The notes under the pieces are model-generated. The model searched no databases. It saw only the letters and a program-made list of their open reading frames with translations, and was not told where the DNA came from. 26,566 nt of DNA from Candidatus Bathyarchaeota archaeon (GTDB lineage Archaea > Thermoproteota > Bathyarchaeia > Bathyarchaeales > Bathycorpusculaceae), in the NCBI GenBank assembly GCA_963777155.1, contig CAVZPM010000021.1, positions 1 through 26,566 on the forward strand, written 5' to 3'. Both the position numbers and the translations under genes were made by a program. Shown here piece after piece: positions 16,871 to 25,330 of this stretch (positions are counted from its first letter, which is position 1; each line of letters begins with the position of its first letter).

Positions 16871-16999
16871 ATGGAATCTTCTGAAGCCTTTAGTCGGGAT
16901 ATTCTTACGTATAGAAAACATGTCCCACGTAGCGTATGCGATACCGAGCGTGACCGTCGACAACACAGAGACCCCCTGAATGAAGAAGAATTGAAGTGA
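16871..16999 (+). CDS. Possible small protein, 42 aa (not in ORF track)
   Basis: MESSEAFSRDILTYRKHVPRSVCDTERDRRQHRDPLNEEELK*. A TATA-like TTATAAAG lies about 35 nt upstream, in an otherwise empty intergenic region. Confidence 0.25.
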   Translation: MESSEAFSRDILTYRKHVPRSVCDTERDRRQHRDPLNEEELK

Positions 17000-17157
17000 A
17001 AGGTACAACAACCAACAAGATTTCCAGAATAGAAAACGATCAAAAAGCTTATAACTAGACGGCACAATAGAAACAAGAAATAGAAAATAAGTAAAGAAAC
17101 ACCCCAAAGATAGTGAAGAATTACCAAGCCCTAAGGCAGGTTCTGTAGATTATTTAT

Positions 17158-18582
17158 CTATTTACTCTCTATTGGATTCTTGGTAAGCAAATATTTATTG
17201 ATAGCCTGTGCAGCTCTTTTTCCTGAACCCATAGCGTTGATGACAGTGGCTTCCCCTGTCATGATATCTCCGCCAGTGAAAATACCTGGAAGTTTGGTTT
17301 CTCCAGTTTCGGGGTCAGCGACAATGGTGCCCTGTGCCGTTGTTTGGAGACCTTTTGTTACGGTTTGAATTACCGGATTGGGAGTTCGTCCAATTGCCAC
17401 AATGACAGTATCAACTTTCAAAATAGTTTCTGAGCCCTTGAGGGGGACCGGTCTTCGCCTTCCAGAAGCATCTGGTTCTCCAAGTTCCATTGTTACAAGT
17501 TCAATCGCGTTTACCCTCCCTTGCTCGTCTCCTATGAATCTAGTTGGAGCAACAAGGAACTTGAAATGTACACCTTCTTCTTCGGCGTTTAGTAACTCTT
17601 CCCTTCTAGCGGGCAACTCTTCTTTTGATCTTCGGTAGATTATGCTTACTTCCTCCGCACCACATCGTATAGCGCAGCGCGCTGCATCCATAGCTACGTT
17701 TCCTCCACCTATGACTGCCACTTTTTTACCTACTTTTAGTGGGGTATCGAAGAGTGGAAACTGGTATGACTTCATAAGGTTAACTCGTATGAGAAACTCG
17801 TTAGCTGAATAGATGCCTAACAAGTTTTCGCCAGGAATATTCAGGAATAATGGAAGCCCGGCGCCAGAGCCGATAAAGACCGCGTCATAACCTCTTTTGA
17901 ACAAATCTTCAATTGTAAACGTTCTTCCGACTAGGATGTCCGTACGCACTTCCACACCTAACCTTTTAATGTAATCGACTTCTGCCTGAACAATTTTTTT
18001 CGGCAGTCTAAATTCTGGGATGCCGTAGATTAGAACACCGCCAGTATTATGAAGCGCCTCGAAAACTGTTACCTTATGACCCAGTTTTGCTAGTTCAGCT
18101 GCCACTGTCAATCCAGCTGGTCCTGAACCTATTACGGCAACCTTTTTGCCTGATGGTTTTGGCAAGACAGGAACGTGCGTGCCTCTTTCCAACTCAAAGT
18201 CAGCGATGAATCTTTCAAGCCTACCGATCGAAACTGATTGCCCTTTTTTCCCCAGCAAACAGAGTTTTTGGCATTGCTCTTCTTGGGGGCAGACCCTACC
18301 GCATACTGCAGGAAGGCTGTTTTTCTCTTTGATTTTTTGACTGGCTTCGTCAAGCTTATTCTCTTTGACGAGCTTGATGAACGCGGGAATGTCTAGTCCA
18401 ACTGGGCAGCCTTTAACACACTGAGGGCTCGGACAACTAAGACATCTATTTGATTCCTGCAACGCTTCTGCTTCTGAATAGCCTACTTCTACTTCCTCGA
18501 AGCTCTGTGTTCGGGTTTTGGGTGATTGCTTACGCATCGGAACAGCATTTTTGTTAGGTTGACCTGCGGCTTTTTCTTTCAT
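17158..18582 (-). CDS. nfnB: NfnB/SudA large subunit (GltD-like NADPH flavo-iron-sulfur protein)
   Basis: RCLSC....CVKGCPV, CGRVCPQEEQC, IGSGPAGL, GGVLIYGIPEFRLPK, IGGGNVAMDAAR and GGD...G.ATVI.AM. ATG18582 overlaps the upstream TGA (ATGA coupling); the track start is 18600. Confidence 0.9.
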   Translation of the reverse strand: MKEKAAGQPNKNAVPMRKQSPKTRTQSFEEVEVGYSEAEALQESNRCLSCPSPQCVKGCPVGLDIPAFIKLVKENKLDEASQKIKEKNSLPAVCGRVCPQEEQCQKLCLLGKKGQSVSIGRLERFIADFELERGTHVPVLPKPSGKKVAVIGSGPAGLTVAAELAKLGHKVTVFEALHNTGGVLIYGIPEFRLPKKIVQAEVDYIKRLGVEVRTDILVGRTFTIEDLFKRGYDAVFIGSGAGLPLFLNIPGENLLGIYSANEFLIRVNLMKSYQFPLFDTPLKVGKKVAVIGGGNVAMDAARCAIRCGAEEVSIIYRRSKEELPARREELLNAEEEGVHFKFLVAPTRFIGDEQGRVNAIELVTMELGEPDASGRRRPVPLKGSETILKVDTVIVAIGRTPNPVIQTVTKGLQTTAQGTIVADPETGETKLPGIFTGGDIMTGEATVINAMGSGKRAAQAINKYLLTKNPIESK

Positions 18583-19487
18583 TGCTTCCCGCATGGGCAA
18601 GTAGCTCCTTCGCCTTTTTCACGGAAGGCTAACGCTGAACTCTCTTCCGCAGGATATTCACTTAATCGACCCATTAATTCTTTAAAGTCTGTTTTATGTG
18701 CATCAAACTCCGGCCCGTCGATGCAAGCAAACTTTGTTGCACCGCCGACGGTTATTCTACAAGAACCGCACATTCCCATACCATCCACCATTATGGGGTT
18801 TAAGCTTACTATTGTCTTAATTCCGTAAGGTCGAGTAACCTCTGCTGTTGCTCTCATCATAGGCACCGGACCTATAGCATAAACGATGCCAAACGGGTAT
18901 TCTTTCTCAATAAGCAATCTTAGAACATCACTAACGAATCCTTTCTGCCCTTTTGAACCGTCATCGGTTGAGATGAACAACTCATCAGAGACTGCTTTCA
19001 TTTCGTCCTCGAGAATTAGAAGTTCCCTATTCCTTGCTCCGAGAATGGAAACAACTTTGTTTCCTGCAGCCTTAAGGGCCATCGCAATAGGATAAGCCGC
19101 CGCGGTGCCTACTCCTCCACAAACAACTGCAGCAACACCATAATTCTGTATACAACTAGGATTCCCTAATGGACCAGCTACATTTAGTATTTCATCTCCC
19201 ACATTTAAGGCAGCGAGCTTTTTAGTTGATACTCCGAGGTGTTGGAAAATCAACGTAATCGTTCCTGCAATGCCTTCCGCACTCTTCCATTTGAAGAGTG
19301 TAAGAGGGATTCTTTCGCCTCCTTCATCTATCCGTAGAATTACAAACTGACCTGCTTGGGCTTTTTCAGCTATTTCTTGTGCAACCAACGTAATCTCAGT
19401 CACTTGCGGATTAAGGGAGCGTTTGCTTACTATGACATGTCCGCTTCTGCCTAAAGCAAATGTATTCTTCGATTCATCATTTTGCAT
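18579..19487 (-). CDS. nfnA: NfnA/SudB small subunit (FAD, [2Fe-2S], NAD-binding)
   Basis: GQFVILR...GERIPLT, GPLG, GGVGTA, GPVPMM, IMVDGMGMCGSCR and FACIDGPEFD. ATG19487 has AAGGAG upstream; the track start is 19556. Confidence 0.9.
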   Translation of the reverse strand: MQNDESKNTFALGRSGHVIVSKRSLNPQVTEITLVAQEIAEKAQAGQFVILRIDEGGERIPLTLFKWKSAEGIAGTITLIFQHLGVSTKKLAALNVGDEILNVAGPLGNPSCIQNYGVAAVVCGGVGTAAAYPIAMALKAAGNKVVSILGARNRELLILEDEMKAVSDELFISTDDGSKGQKGFVSDVLRLLIEKEYPFGIVYAIGPVPMMRATAEVTRPYGIKTIVSLNPIMVDGMGMCGSCRITVGGATKFACIDGPEFDAHKTDFKELMGRLSEYPAEESSALAFREKGEGATCPCGKQ

Positions 19488-19549
19488 TTTTGAACTTTTC
19501 TCCTTATTATCTCCCACCGCCAGGTGGCAAGCCTCAGCGTCAACGCGGA

Positions 19550-20725
19550 CTACCATGCCTGCGATGCAGCTTTAACTATTACTTTTGTTGCAATGTCAAA
19601 ATTCATCTTCCCTGTGTTCAGGACCATATCATAAATCGTTGGATCTTCCCAATTGATGTTGTGAAATCTTTGCAAATATTCAGCCTGCGCTTTGTCATTG
19701 TCTTCAATTAACCTTAGAGCATCCTTTTGACTCAATCCTTCGCTCTTCATGATTCGTTTAACCCTGACGTCTACAGGAGCAACGATCCTTACGTGAAGCA
19801 CGCCTAATTTATGTTTCAATATTGCTTGCCCACCTCGTCCCACAATAACTGTTTTCCCTCTACTAGCCAAGCTACTGATGACCACATGAATAACGGAGAG
19901 GCATTCCTCCTCGTCGAGGGCTTTCCTAATTTGTGCATTGTCTTTCAAGGCGTGAGATACAACAGGTTTCTTACGTTGAAGAATTTTATCTACAAACCCC
20001 TTAACCTTGTAAGTATCTTCAGAAAAATCCGCAATTTCTTCCTCAGAAACACCAATGCTTTTGGCTGCATCTACCATTAAAATCTTATCGAAGTAAGTAT
20101 AACCGAGAATCTTGCTGACATCCAAGGCAATTTCGTCTCCACCGCTACCCACCTGCCTCGAAATCGTTATGACGGTAGGTGTGATCATTGCCACTTGTTC
20201 CTCCGACGTAATGTGTTCTAAAACTTTTTCTATTTCCTTATAAGTTGGCTCCATGGCTGGATCTTCGGAAACCCACATGTAACGTACAATGCCGTTTTCG
20301 TCGAGGATAAAAATTGAGGGTTTTTCAATTGGGTAGCACCCTTCTCCCCAGCAACAAGCATAAGATCCGTCTTCATGTTCAAAGCAGTCGTTCAATTTAA
20401 GCCCATATTTTTCGAATACTTCACGCTTATGATCGCTAAGGACTGGGAAAGGTAGTCTGTTTTTCTCGGCAAAACGCCTATTTGAATTGAAGACAGTAAT
20501 GTCTATTCCCACAACTTGAGCCTTCAAATCAATTAGCCGTGCAATCGAATCTCTAAAATCACAGCGCTCTTTTGTGCATTTTGAAGTTAAAGCGCCTACG
20601 AAGAAGACTAACACGACCTTCTGTCCTAAAAACTCCTTCAGGCTTCTTGCCCTGTTTTTCTCATCGGGTAAAATGAAATCTGGTGCTTTGTCTCCGACTT
20701 TTAATTGATTGATCACAAGTATCAC
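19550..20725 (-). CDS. Fusion of a degenerate peroxiredoxin (Bcp/AhpC-TSA fold) and a cytidylate-kinase-like domain
   Basis: N-terminal half: VGDKAPDF.L, FFVGALTSKCTKERC, LPFPVLSD, FILDENGIVRY.W. C-terminal half: VITISRQVGSGGDEIA, VIVGRGG, LHVRIVAP...RVKRI, WEDP..YDMVLNT. Single uninterrupted frame. Confidence 0.88.
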   Translation of the reverse strand: MILVINQLKVGDKAPDFILPDEKNRARSLKEFLGQKVVLVFFVGALTSKCTKERCDFRDSIARLIDLKAQVVGIDITVFNSNRRFAEKNRLPFPVLSDHKREVFEKYGLKLNDCFEHEDGSYACCWGEGCYPIEKPSIFILDENGIVRYMWVSEDPAMEPTYKEIEKVLEHITSEEQVAMITPTVITISRQVGSGGDEIALDVSKILGYTYFDKILMVDAAKSIGVSEEEIADFSEDTYKVKGFVDKILQRKKPVVSHALKDNAQIRKALDEEECLSVIHVVISSLASRGKTVIVGRGGQAILKHKLGVLHVRIVAPVDVRVKRIMKSEGLSQKDALRLIEDNDKAQAEYLQRFHNINWEDPTIYDMVLNTGKMNFDIATKVIVKAASQAW

Positions 20726-20937
20726 TGCTATCCAAAAAAGAGGTGTGCTAGTATAAATGATTAAGCCTATTCGAAAAATTTTTTGTTGAATTTGGAAACA
20801 GCAACCATAAAGAACCCTAGAATTTCTTTAACAATCCTTTCCCTTTTTTGTTCAAATTGAAGCGCTCAAACGAGGGCTGAGTAGGCTACTGGTTTTCTTA
20901 TATGGATTAGCCTCAGAAACCTTGAGCAACTGAGGAA

Positions 20938-20957
20938 TTCGTAAAATACCGAGTGTA
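20938..20957 (+). promoter_or_regulatory. Degenerate copy of the MMPL upstream motif, upstream of the MFS gene
   Basis: TTCGTAAAATACCGAGTGTA compared with TTCGAAAAGCCGAGTATA (9723-9740). It is followed by TTTTATAA at about 20971-20978. Confidence 0.4.
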
Positions 20958-21015
20958 ACTAAAGCAACATTTTTATAATCCATACATCCTTTAGCCCAAA
21001 AAACTCTTCACTCAG

Positions 21016-22707
21016 ATGACTAAAATTATGGTACAGTACAAATGGGTTGCGCTTTCTAATACGACTCTTGGTATGTTGATGGCTTCAATCGACATGACCA
21101 TAGTTCTGATAGCGATGCCTTCGATTTTTAGAGGCATAAACATCAATCCTTTCACATCATTCCAATATCTACTCTGGGTAATGTTCGGCTACAGCATCGT
21201 GACGGCCACTCTATTGGTTACTTTCGGCAGACTATCTGACATCTATGGAAGAGTCAAACTTTACAATCTGGGTTTTCTCATATTCACTATCGGCTCAATT
21301 CTGTTGTTTTTAACACCCAATACAGGAGACGCAGGAGCCATTGAGTTAATAGTGTTCCGAATCATCCAAGGAGTGGGCGCCGCATTCCTCTTCTCAAACA
21401 GCGGAGCCATTATAACCGACGCTTTTCCCGAGAACGAACGCGGAAAAGCATTAGGAATAAATCAGTTAGCTTTTCTGGCTGGCTCATTAATCGGATTGAT
21501 TCTAGGCGGTGTTTTGGCGGTTTATGATTGGCGTTTGGTCTTCTTAGTCAGCGTTCCAGTCGGTATCATCGGCACAGCTTGGTCATATTGGAAACTAAAA
21601 GAACAACACATTCAAAGAAAGAAGCAAAAACTTGACGTTTGGGGAAACATCAGTTTCGGAGGCGGCTTAACACTAGTTTTACTATCTATAACTTACGGCT
21701 TAACACCCTACGGCAACTCTCCAATGGGCTGGAGCAACCCCTGGGTCATTTCTTCATTAATCACTGGCGTCGGTTTGCTAGTAGCATTTCCATTCATCGA
21801 ACGCAAAGTGCCAGACCCCATGTTCAAACTTGATCTATTTAAGAACAGAACCTTCGCCGCAGGAAACATCGCAACTTTCCTAAGCGCAATGTCCAGAGGT
21901 GGAGTCATGATAATGCTTGTAGTGCTCTTGCAGGGTATCTGGCTGCCCCTTCAAGGATACAGCTACGATTCTGCTCCGTTTTGGGCTGGAATCTTCATGA
22001 TCCCCATGTCGATAGGCATAGCTATTACTGGTCCTCTAAGTGGCTGGTTATCAGACAAACATGGCGCACGAATCCTAGCCACTTCGGGCATGATAATAAC
22101 CGCCATTGCCTTCTTAGCGTTCACTCTTCTGCCAGCCAATTTCGGTTATTTTCCTTTTGCAATAATTCTCTTAGTCATGGGGATCGGAAATGGAATATTT
22201 ATGTCCCCTAACATGGCTTCAGTGATGAATTCTTGTCCAGCTGAACACCGTGGCGCCGCTTCAGGCATGCGCTCCACTCTGCAAAACTGCGGACAAACCA
22301 TTAGTCAAGCTATTTTCTTCAGCATAATCATCATCTCACTAAACGCAACCCTGCCAACGGCGCTTTCGACCGCAGTGGCGAGTACAGGTGCTTCACCACA
22401 AGTTGCAGCCGCATTCAGCCATACACCAGCAGCTGGAGCACTCTTTGCAGCTTTCCTCGGCTACAACCCCATCGGAACATTGCTTCAAACTATGAACCCA
22501 ACTTTGGTTGCAGCATTATCCCAACATACAGTAACCGTTCTGGAAGGACAAACTTTCTTCCCCAACGCAATCGCCTCACCATTCATGAACGCGCTGACAA
22601 TCGCCTTCATAATTGCAGCTGTTCTCTGCGTCATGGCAGCTGTATTTTCAGCCCTAAGAAGCGAAAAAGACGTTAATAAAAAAATAAGAGTACAAGGCAG
22701 TCTCTAA
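21016..22707 (+). CDS. MFS transporter, DHA2 (EmrB/QacA-like, 14 TM)
   Basis: D.TIV.IA.P, GRLSDIYGR (motif A), FRIIQGVG, ERGKALG, WRLVFLV.VPVG and GWLSDKHGAR. Confidence 0.92.
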   Translation: MTKIMVQYKWVALSNTTLGMLMASIDMTIVLIAMPSIFRGININPFTSFQYLLWVMFGYSIVTATLLVTFGRLSDIYGRVKLYNLGFLIFTIGSILLFLTPNTGDAGAIELIVFRIIQGVGAAFLFSNSGAIITDAFPENERGKALGINQLAFLAGSLIGLILGGVLAVYDWRLVFLVSVPVGIIGTAWSYWKLKEQHIQRKKQKLDVWGNISFGGGLTLVLLSITYGLTPYGNSPMGWSNPWVISSLITGVGLLVAFPFIERKVPDPMFKLDLFKNRTFAAGNIATFLSAMSRGGVMIMLVVLLQGIWLPLQGYSYDSAPFWAGIFMIPMSIGIAITGPLSGWLSDKHGARILATSGMIITAIAFLAFTLLPANFGYFPFAIILLVMGIGNGIFMSPNMASVMNSCPAEHRGAASGMRSTLQNCGQTISQAIFFSIIIISLNATLPTALSTAVASTGASPQVAAAFSHTPAAGALFAAFLGYNPIGTLLQTMNPTLVAALSQHTVTVLEGQTFFPNAIASPFMNALTIAFIIAAVLCVMAAVFSALRSEKDVNKKIRVQGSL

Positions 22708-22730
22708 TTAAAACGCTTGAGTTATTTGGT

Positions 22731-25172
22731 TTATTTGCGGTTTCTTTTAGAAATTAGCGCCAATAAAAGTGTTGAAACGATAAGTAGCATAATAATAATC
22801 TGAATGTTTAATTCTGGCACTTGAGGTGTCACGGAAGGTTCAGGAGTATGTGTTGGGATATTCAACGGTGAGGGTGTAGGTGTTTGAGTTGGTGTTTGGG
22901 TTGGATTTGGTGTTGTACTTGCTGTTGAGACTAATGGGCTCAGTGAAGGGGTTGATGTTTCAAGAGTGACCGAGCAACTATATGTTGATATTAAACCTGC
23001 ATTATCCATAAATTGAACAAAAATGCTTTTTATTCCATCCCCACCTTCCAGAGGCCATTCTTTTGAAACCCCATATGGTTCCCAACTTGACCAGTTGCTA
23101 TTATCGTTGGCAAAGCGGATCTGTGCAACTCCTGAAACACCATCGCTTGCATTCAAACTAAGCGTAATGTTCGGGTTGTCAACGATGACTCCGCTGGGTG
23201 TTATTGAGCCTGTTGGAGCAGTTTTGTCCAGTTTTATTCCTATCAAAGTTACGTGTGGAAGCTCCATTGTACTTGTTCCGTCAGGACTCCATGTACTCCA
23301 GTACTCAAGGGTGTTGTTGCTGCCCTCAGTTGTTATAGTGGGTTGTCCATTACTGGAAACGTTGAATGTGGCGCCGCCGTTTATTCTGTAGAACGTTTCG
23401 TTCACTCCATAGTCAGGTGTCAAGGTCAAGTTAACATCGGATGTTTGCCAGGAATCGGTGAAATTGTTTGCAACGATTGGCAAACGAGTTAGGTTAATAC
23501 AAAAATCAGAACTGTTATCCCTGATTACTAGAGTGTGTTGTCCGGGAGTTGTTGTTGGCACTTGCAAGGTTGTATTAAAGAACCCGGTTTCGTCCGTTAG
23601 AACTGTGCCTAAATTGACTTCACCATCCCAAAATAGCGAAATATTGCCCGGGCTAAACCATTTCCCGCTGATAGGTAAAGAATCGCCGTTTTGGACAAAA
23701 ATGTTCAATGCCAAATTCGTGTCATTACCGTATAATCCTTGGGCAGTTAAGTTGCCTATTTGAGCTATACCTCTACGCCATTCCGAGTATGGAATGGCAG
23801 TTTTGTATGAGCGCCCGTTGCTATTGTCTGTAACGTTAAATGTAATCGTATCAAATTGTTGCGGGTTGTCTCCTGCTATGTTGTTCTGTAACAGATCTGG
23901 GGCGCTAATGGGAAAAGAGAATTCATTTGCAGATATTGTAAAGTTGTTGAATAGTGAAACCCAAGAGGTATTGATTGAGTTTCGATAGGAAATGTTTACT
24001 GAACTCCCTGGGATAAAGCCTACACCATTGATTGTTAACAAACCACCTGGAGGACCATACGTTGGAGAAACGGTAACTTCAGTCCCAAAATTAATTGTCA
24101 AAGGACTCCCCAAACCGGTCACCAAGTCGTAACCTGAGGTTGCGGAATTAACATGGTTAGATCCCGAAGTTATGTCTCGAAAATAGGTAGAATATGCCGA
24201 TAGTGCTCTACCGTAAAGGTTAGAGTTGGTAACGGAGAGTCCGAGAGCATGAATTGCAGCCCACTGAGGTGCACCTGCGCTCGTACCACCTACTTTCCAC
24301 CATGTACCATTGTAAACAGAGACACCAGTTGTAGCATTTCCGTTGTAAGAAACATCTGGAACAGCACGTTTAGCGTAGGCAAGTCCAAAGTTAGTTTGGA
24401 AATTAGGTCTGGTTACATAGCTGCTTACCCCACCGCTACTATCATACCAAGATAGCTCAGAAATTACTGTTCCATCGGAGTTAAGATTAAGCGTTGTCCC
24501 CCCAACACTAACCACGTTTGCTGAAACCGCTGGCCAAAACACTTTCGAACCGTCGTCACCTGAAGAGGCAAAAAAAGTGATGCCGGGTTTATTGAAATGA
24601 TAATCAAAATTTGCTTCGTTGAAGAATTCATCACCACCCCAACTCATTGAAACTGCAACTACGCCCGGCTGGTTTGCGGCATAATCGACGGCTGAAAAAA
24701 GGGCAAAATCAGTTGGATTAACGGCTTCCACAAGAAGTATTGTTGCGTTGGGAGCTATGGCATGAGCCCATTCAACATCTAGACAGGTTTCCATGGCCCA
24801 ATTGCCATCGGTTTGCATATTTTGTGACATCTTATGGACTATGAAATTGCCGGTACTGTTGTCCGGGAGATTATATTGATTAGAAAATGAGTTATAGTAA
24901 GTCAGTATGTTTGGTGTGTCATAGGCGTCAATTATGGCGATGGTTGTTCCATTGCCGCCTGAAGATGGCAGGTTATAGGCTGTTCTTATCTGGCTTGGAG
25001 TATAGCCTATTGGAGTTAAAGATCCTGAAAAAGGTGAAATATACATTGGGTGTGCGGTCCAGTCTGAGGGGGACTGGTTAGAAGTGTTTGCGCTTTGTAT
25101 CTGGGCAAAGCTGCCTACAATAAATAATATAATAGTAGTGAATACGAACAATCTTTTGCCTATTTGGTACAC
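22731..25172 (-). CDS. Secreted S53 (sedolisin-like) serine peptidase with Ig-like domains, a Pro/Thr linker and a VPEL-TM-basic sorting signal
   Basis: Signal peptide. ETCLDVE (Glu/Asp), SSGDDG, VPDVS, VGGTSAGAP (Ser) and Ca-site GYDLVTGLGSP. The tail reads TPTQTPTPSP...QVPELNIQIIIMLLIVSTLLLALISKRNRK. Confidence 0.9.
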   Translation of the reverse strand: MYQIGKRLFVFTTIILFIVGSFAQIQSANTSNQSPSDWTAHPMYISPFSGSLTPIGYTPSQIRTAYNLPSSGGNGTTIAIIDAYDTPNILTYYNSFSNQYNLPDNSTGNFIVHKMSQNMQTDGNWAMETCLDVEWAHAIAPNATILLVEAVNPTDFALFSAVDYAANQPGVVAVSMSWGGDEFFNEANFDYHFNKPGITFFASSGDDGSKVFWPAVSANVVSVGGTTLNLNSDGTVISELSWYDSSGGVSSYVTRPNFQTNFGLAYAKRAVPDVSYNGNATTGVSVYNGTWWKVGGTSAGAPQWAAIHALGLSVTNSNLYGRALSAYSTYFRDITSGSNHVNSATSGYDLVTGLGSPLTINFGTEVTVSPTYGPPGGLLTINGVGFIPGSSVNISYRNSINTSWVSLFNNFTISANEFSFPISAPDLLQNNIAGDNPQQFDTITFNVTDNSNGRSYKTAIPYSEWRRGIAQIGNLTAQGLYGNDTNLALNIFVQNGDSLPISGKWFSPGNISLFWDGEVNLGTVLTDETGFFNTTLQVPTTTPGQHTLVIRDNSSDFCINLTRLPIVANNFTDSWQTSDVNLTLTPDYGVNETFYRINGGATFNVSSNGQPTITTEGSNNTLEYWSTWSPDGTSTMELPHVTLIGIKLDKTAPTGSITPSGVIVDNPNITLSLNASDGVSGVAQIRFANDNSNWSSWEPYGVSKEWPLEGGDGIKSIFVQFMDNAGLISTYSCSVTLETSTPSLSPLVSTASTTPNPTQTPTQTPTPSPLNIPTHTPEPSVTPQVPELNIQIIIMLLIVSTLLLALISKRNRK

Positions 25173-25330
25173 TTCTCTCAGCTAACACCTCTAGGTAGGG
25201 ATATCCTGTTTATTATGATATCAGTATCTCTATTTCAATATATACACCTTACTGCAACCGCATCTGTCTGTCTTTTTAAAGGACAAACGATATAGCCCTA
25301 CACTTAACAACACTAAGGTAGTGAAATAAA

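Noticed and set aside
16859-17127. Two hydrophobic minus-strand ORFs (82 and 87 aa)
   Set aside because: The hydrophobicity arises from T-rich terminator-like sequence downstream of nfnB, and the two ORFs overlap each other.
17158-18582. Annotation as a true glutamate synthase
   Set aside because: It is translationally coupled to an NfnA/SudB gene, and no glutamate synthase large-subunit domains are in the window.
22860-22915. GGTGTTTG-like short repeats as CRISPR or VNTR
   Set aside because: They encode the Pro/Thr linker and have no spacer structure.
25199-25223. Two GATATC-centred 8-bp palindromes upstream of the peptidase
   Set aside because: They are short and AT-rich; chance cannot be excluded without comparative data.
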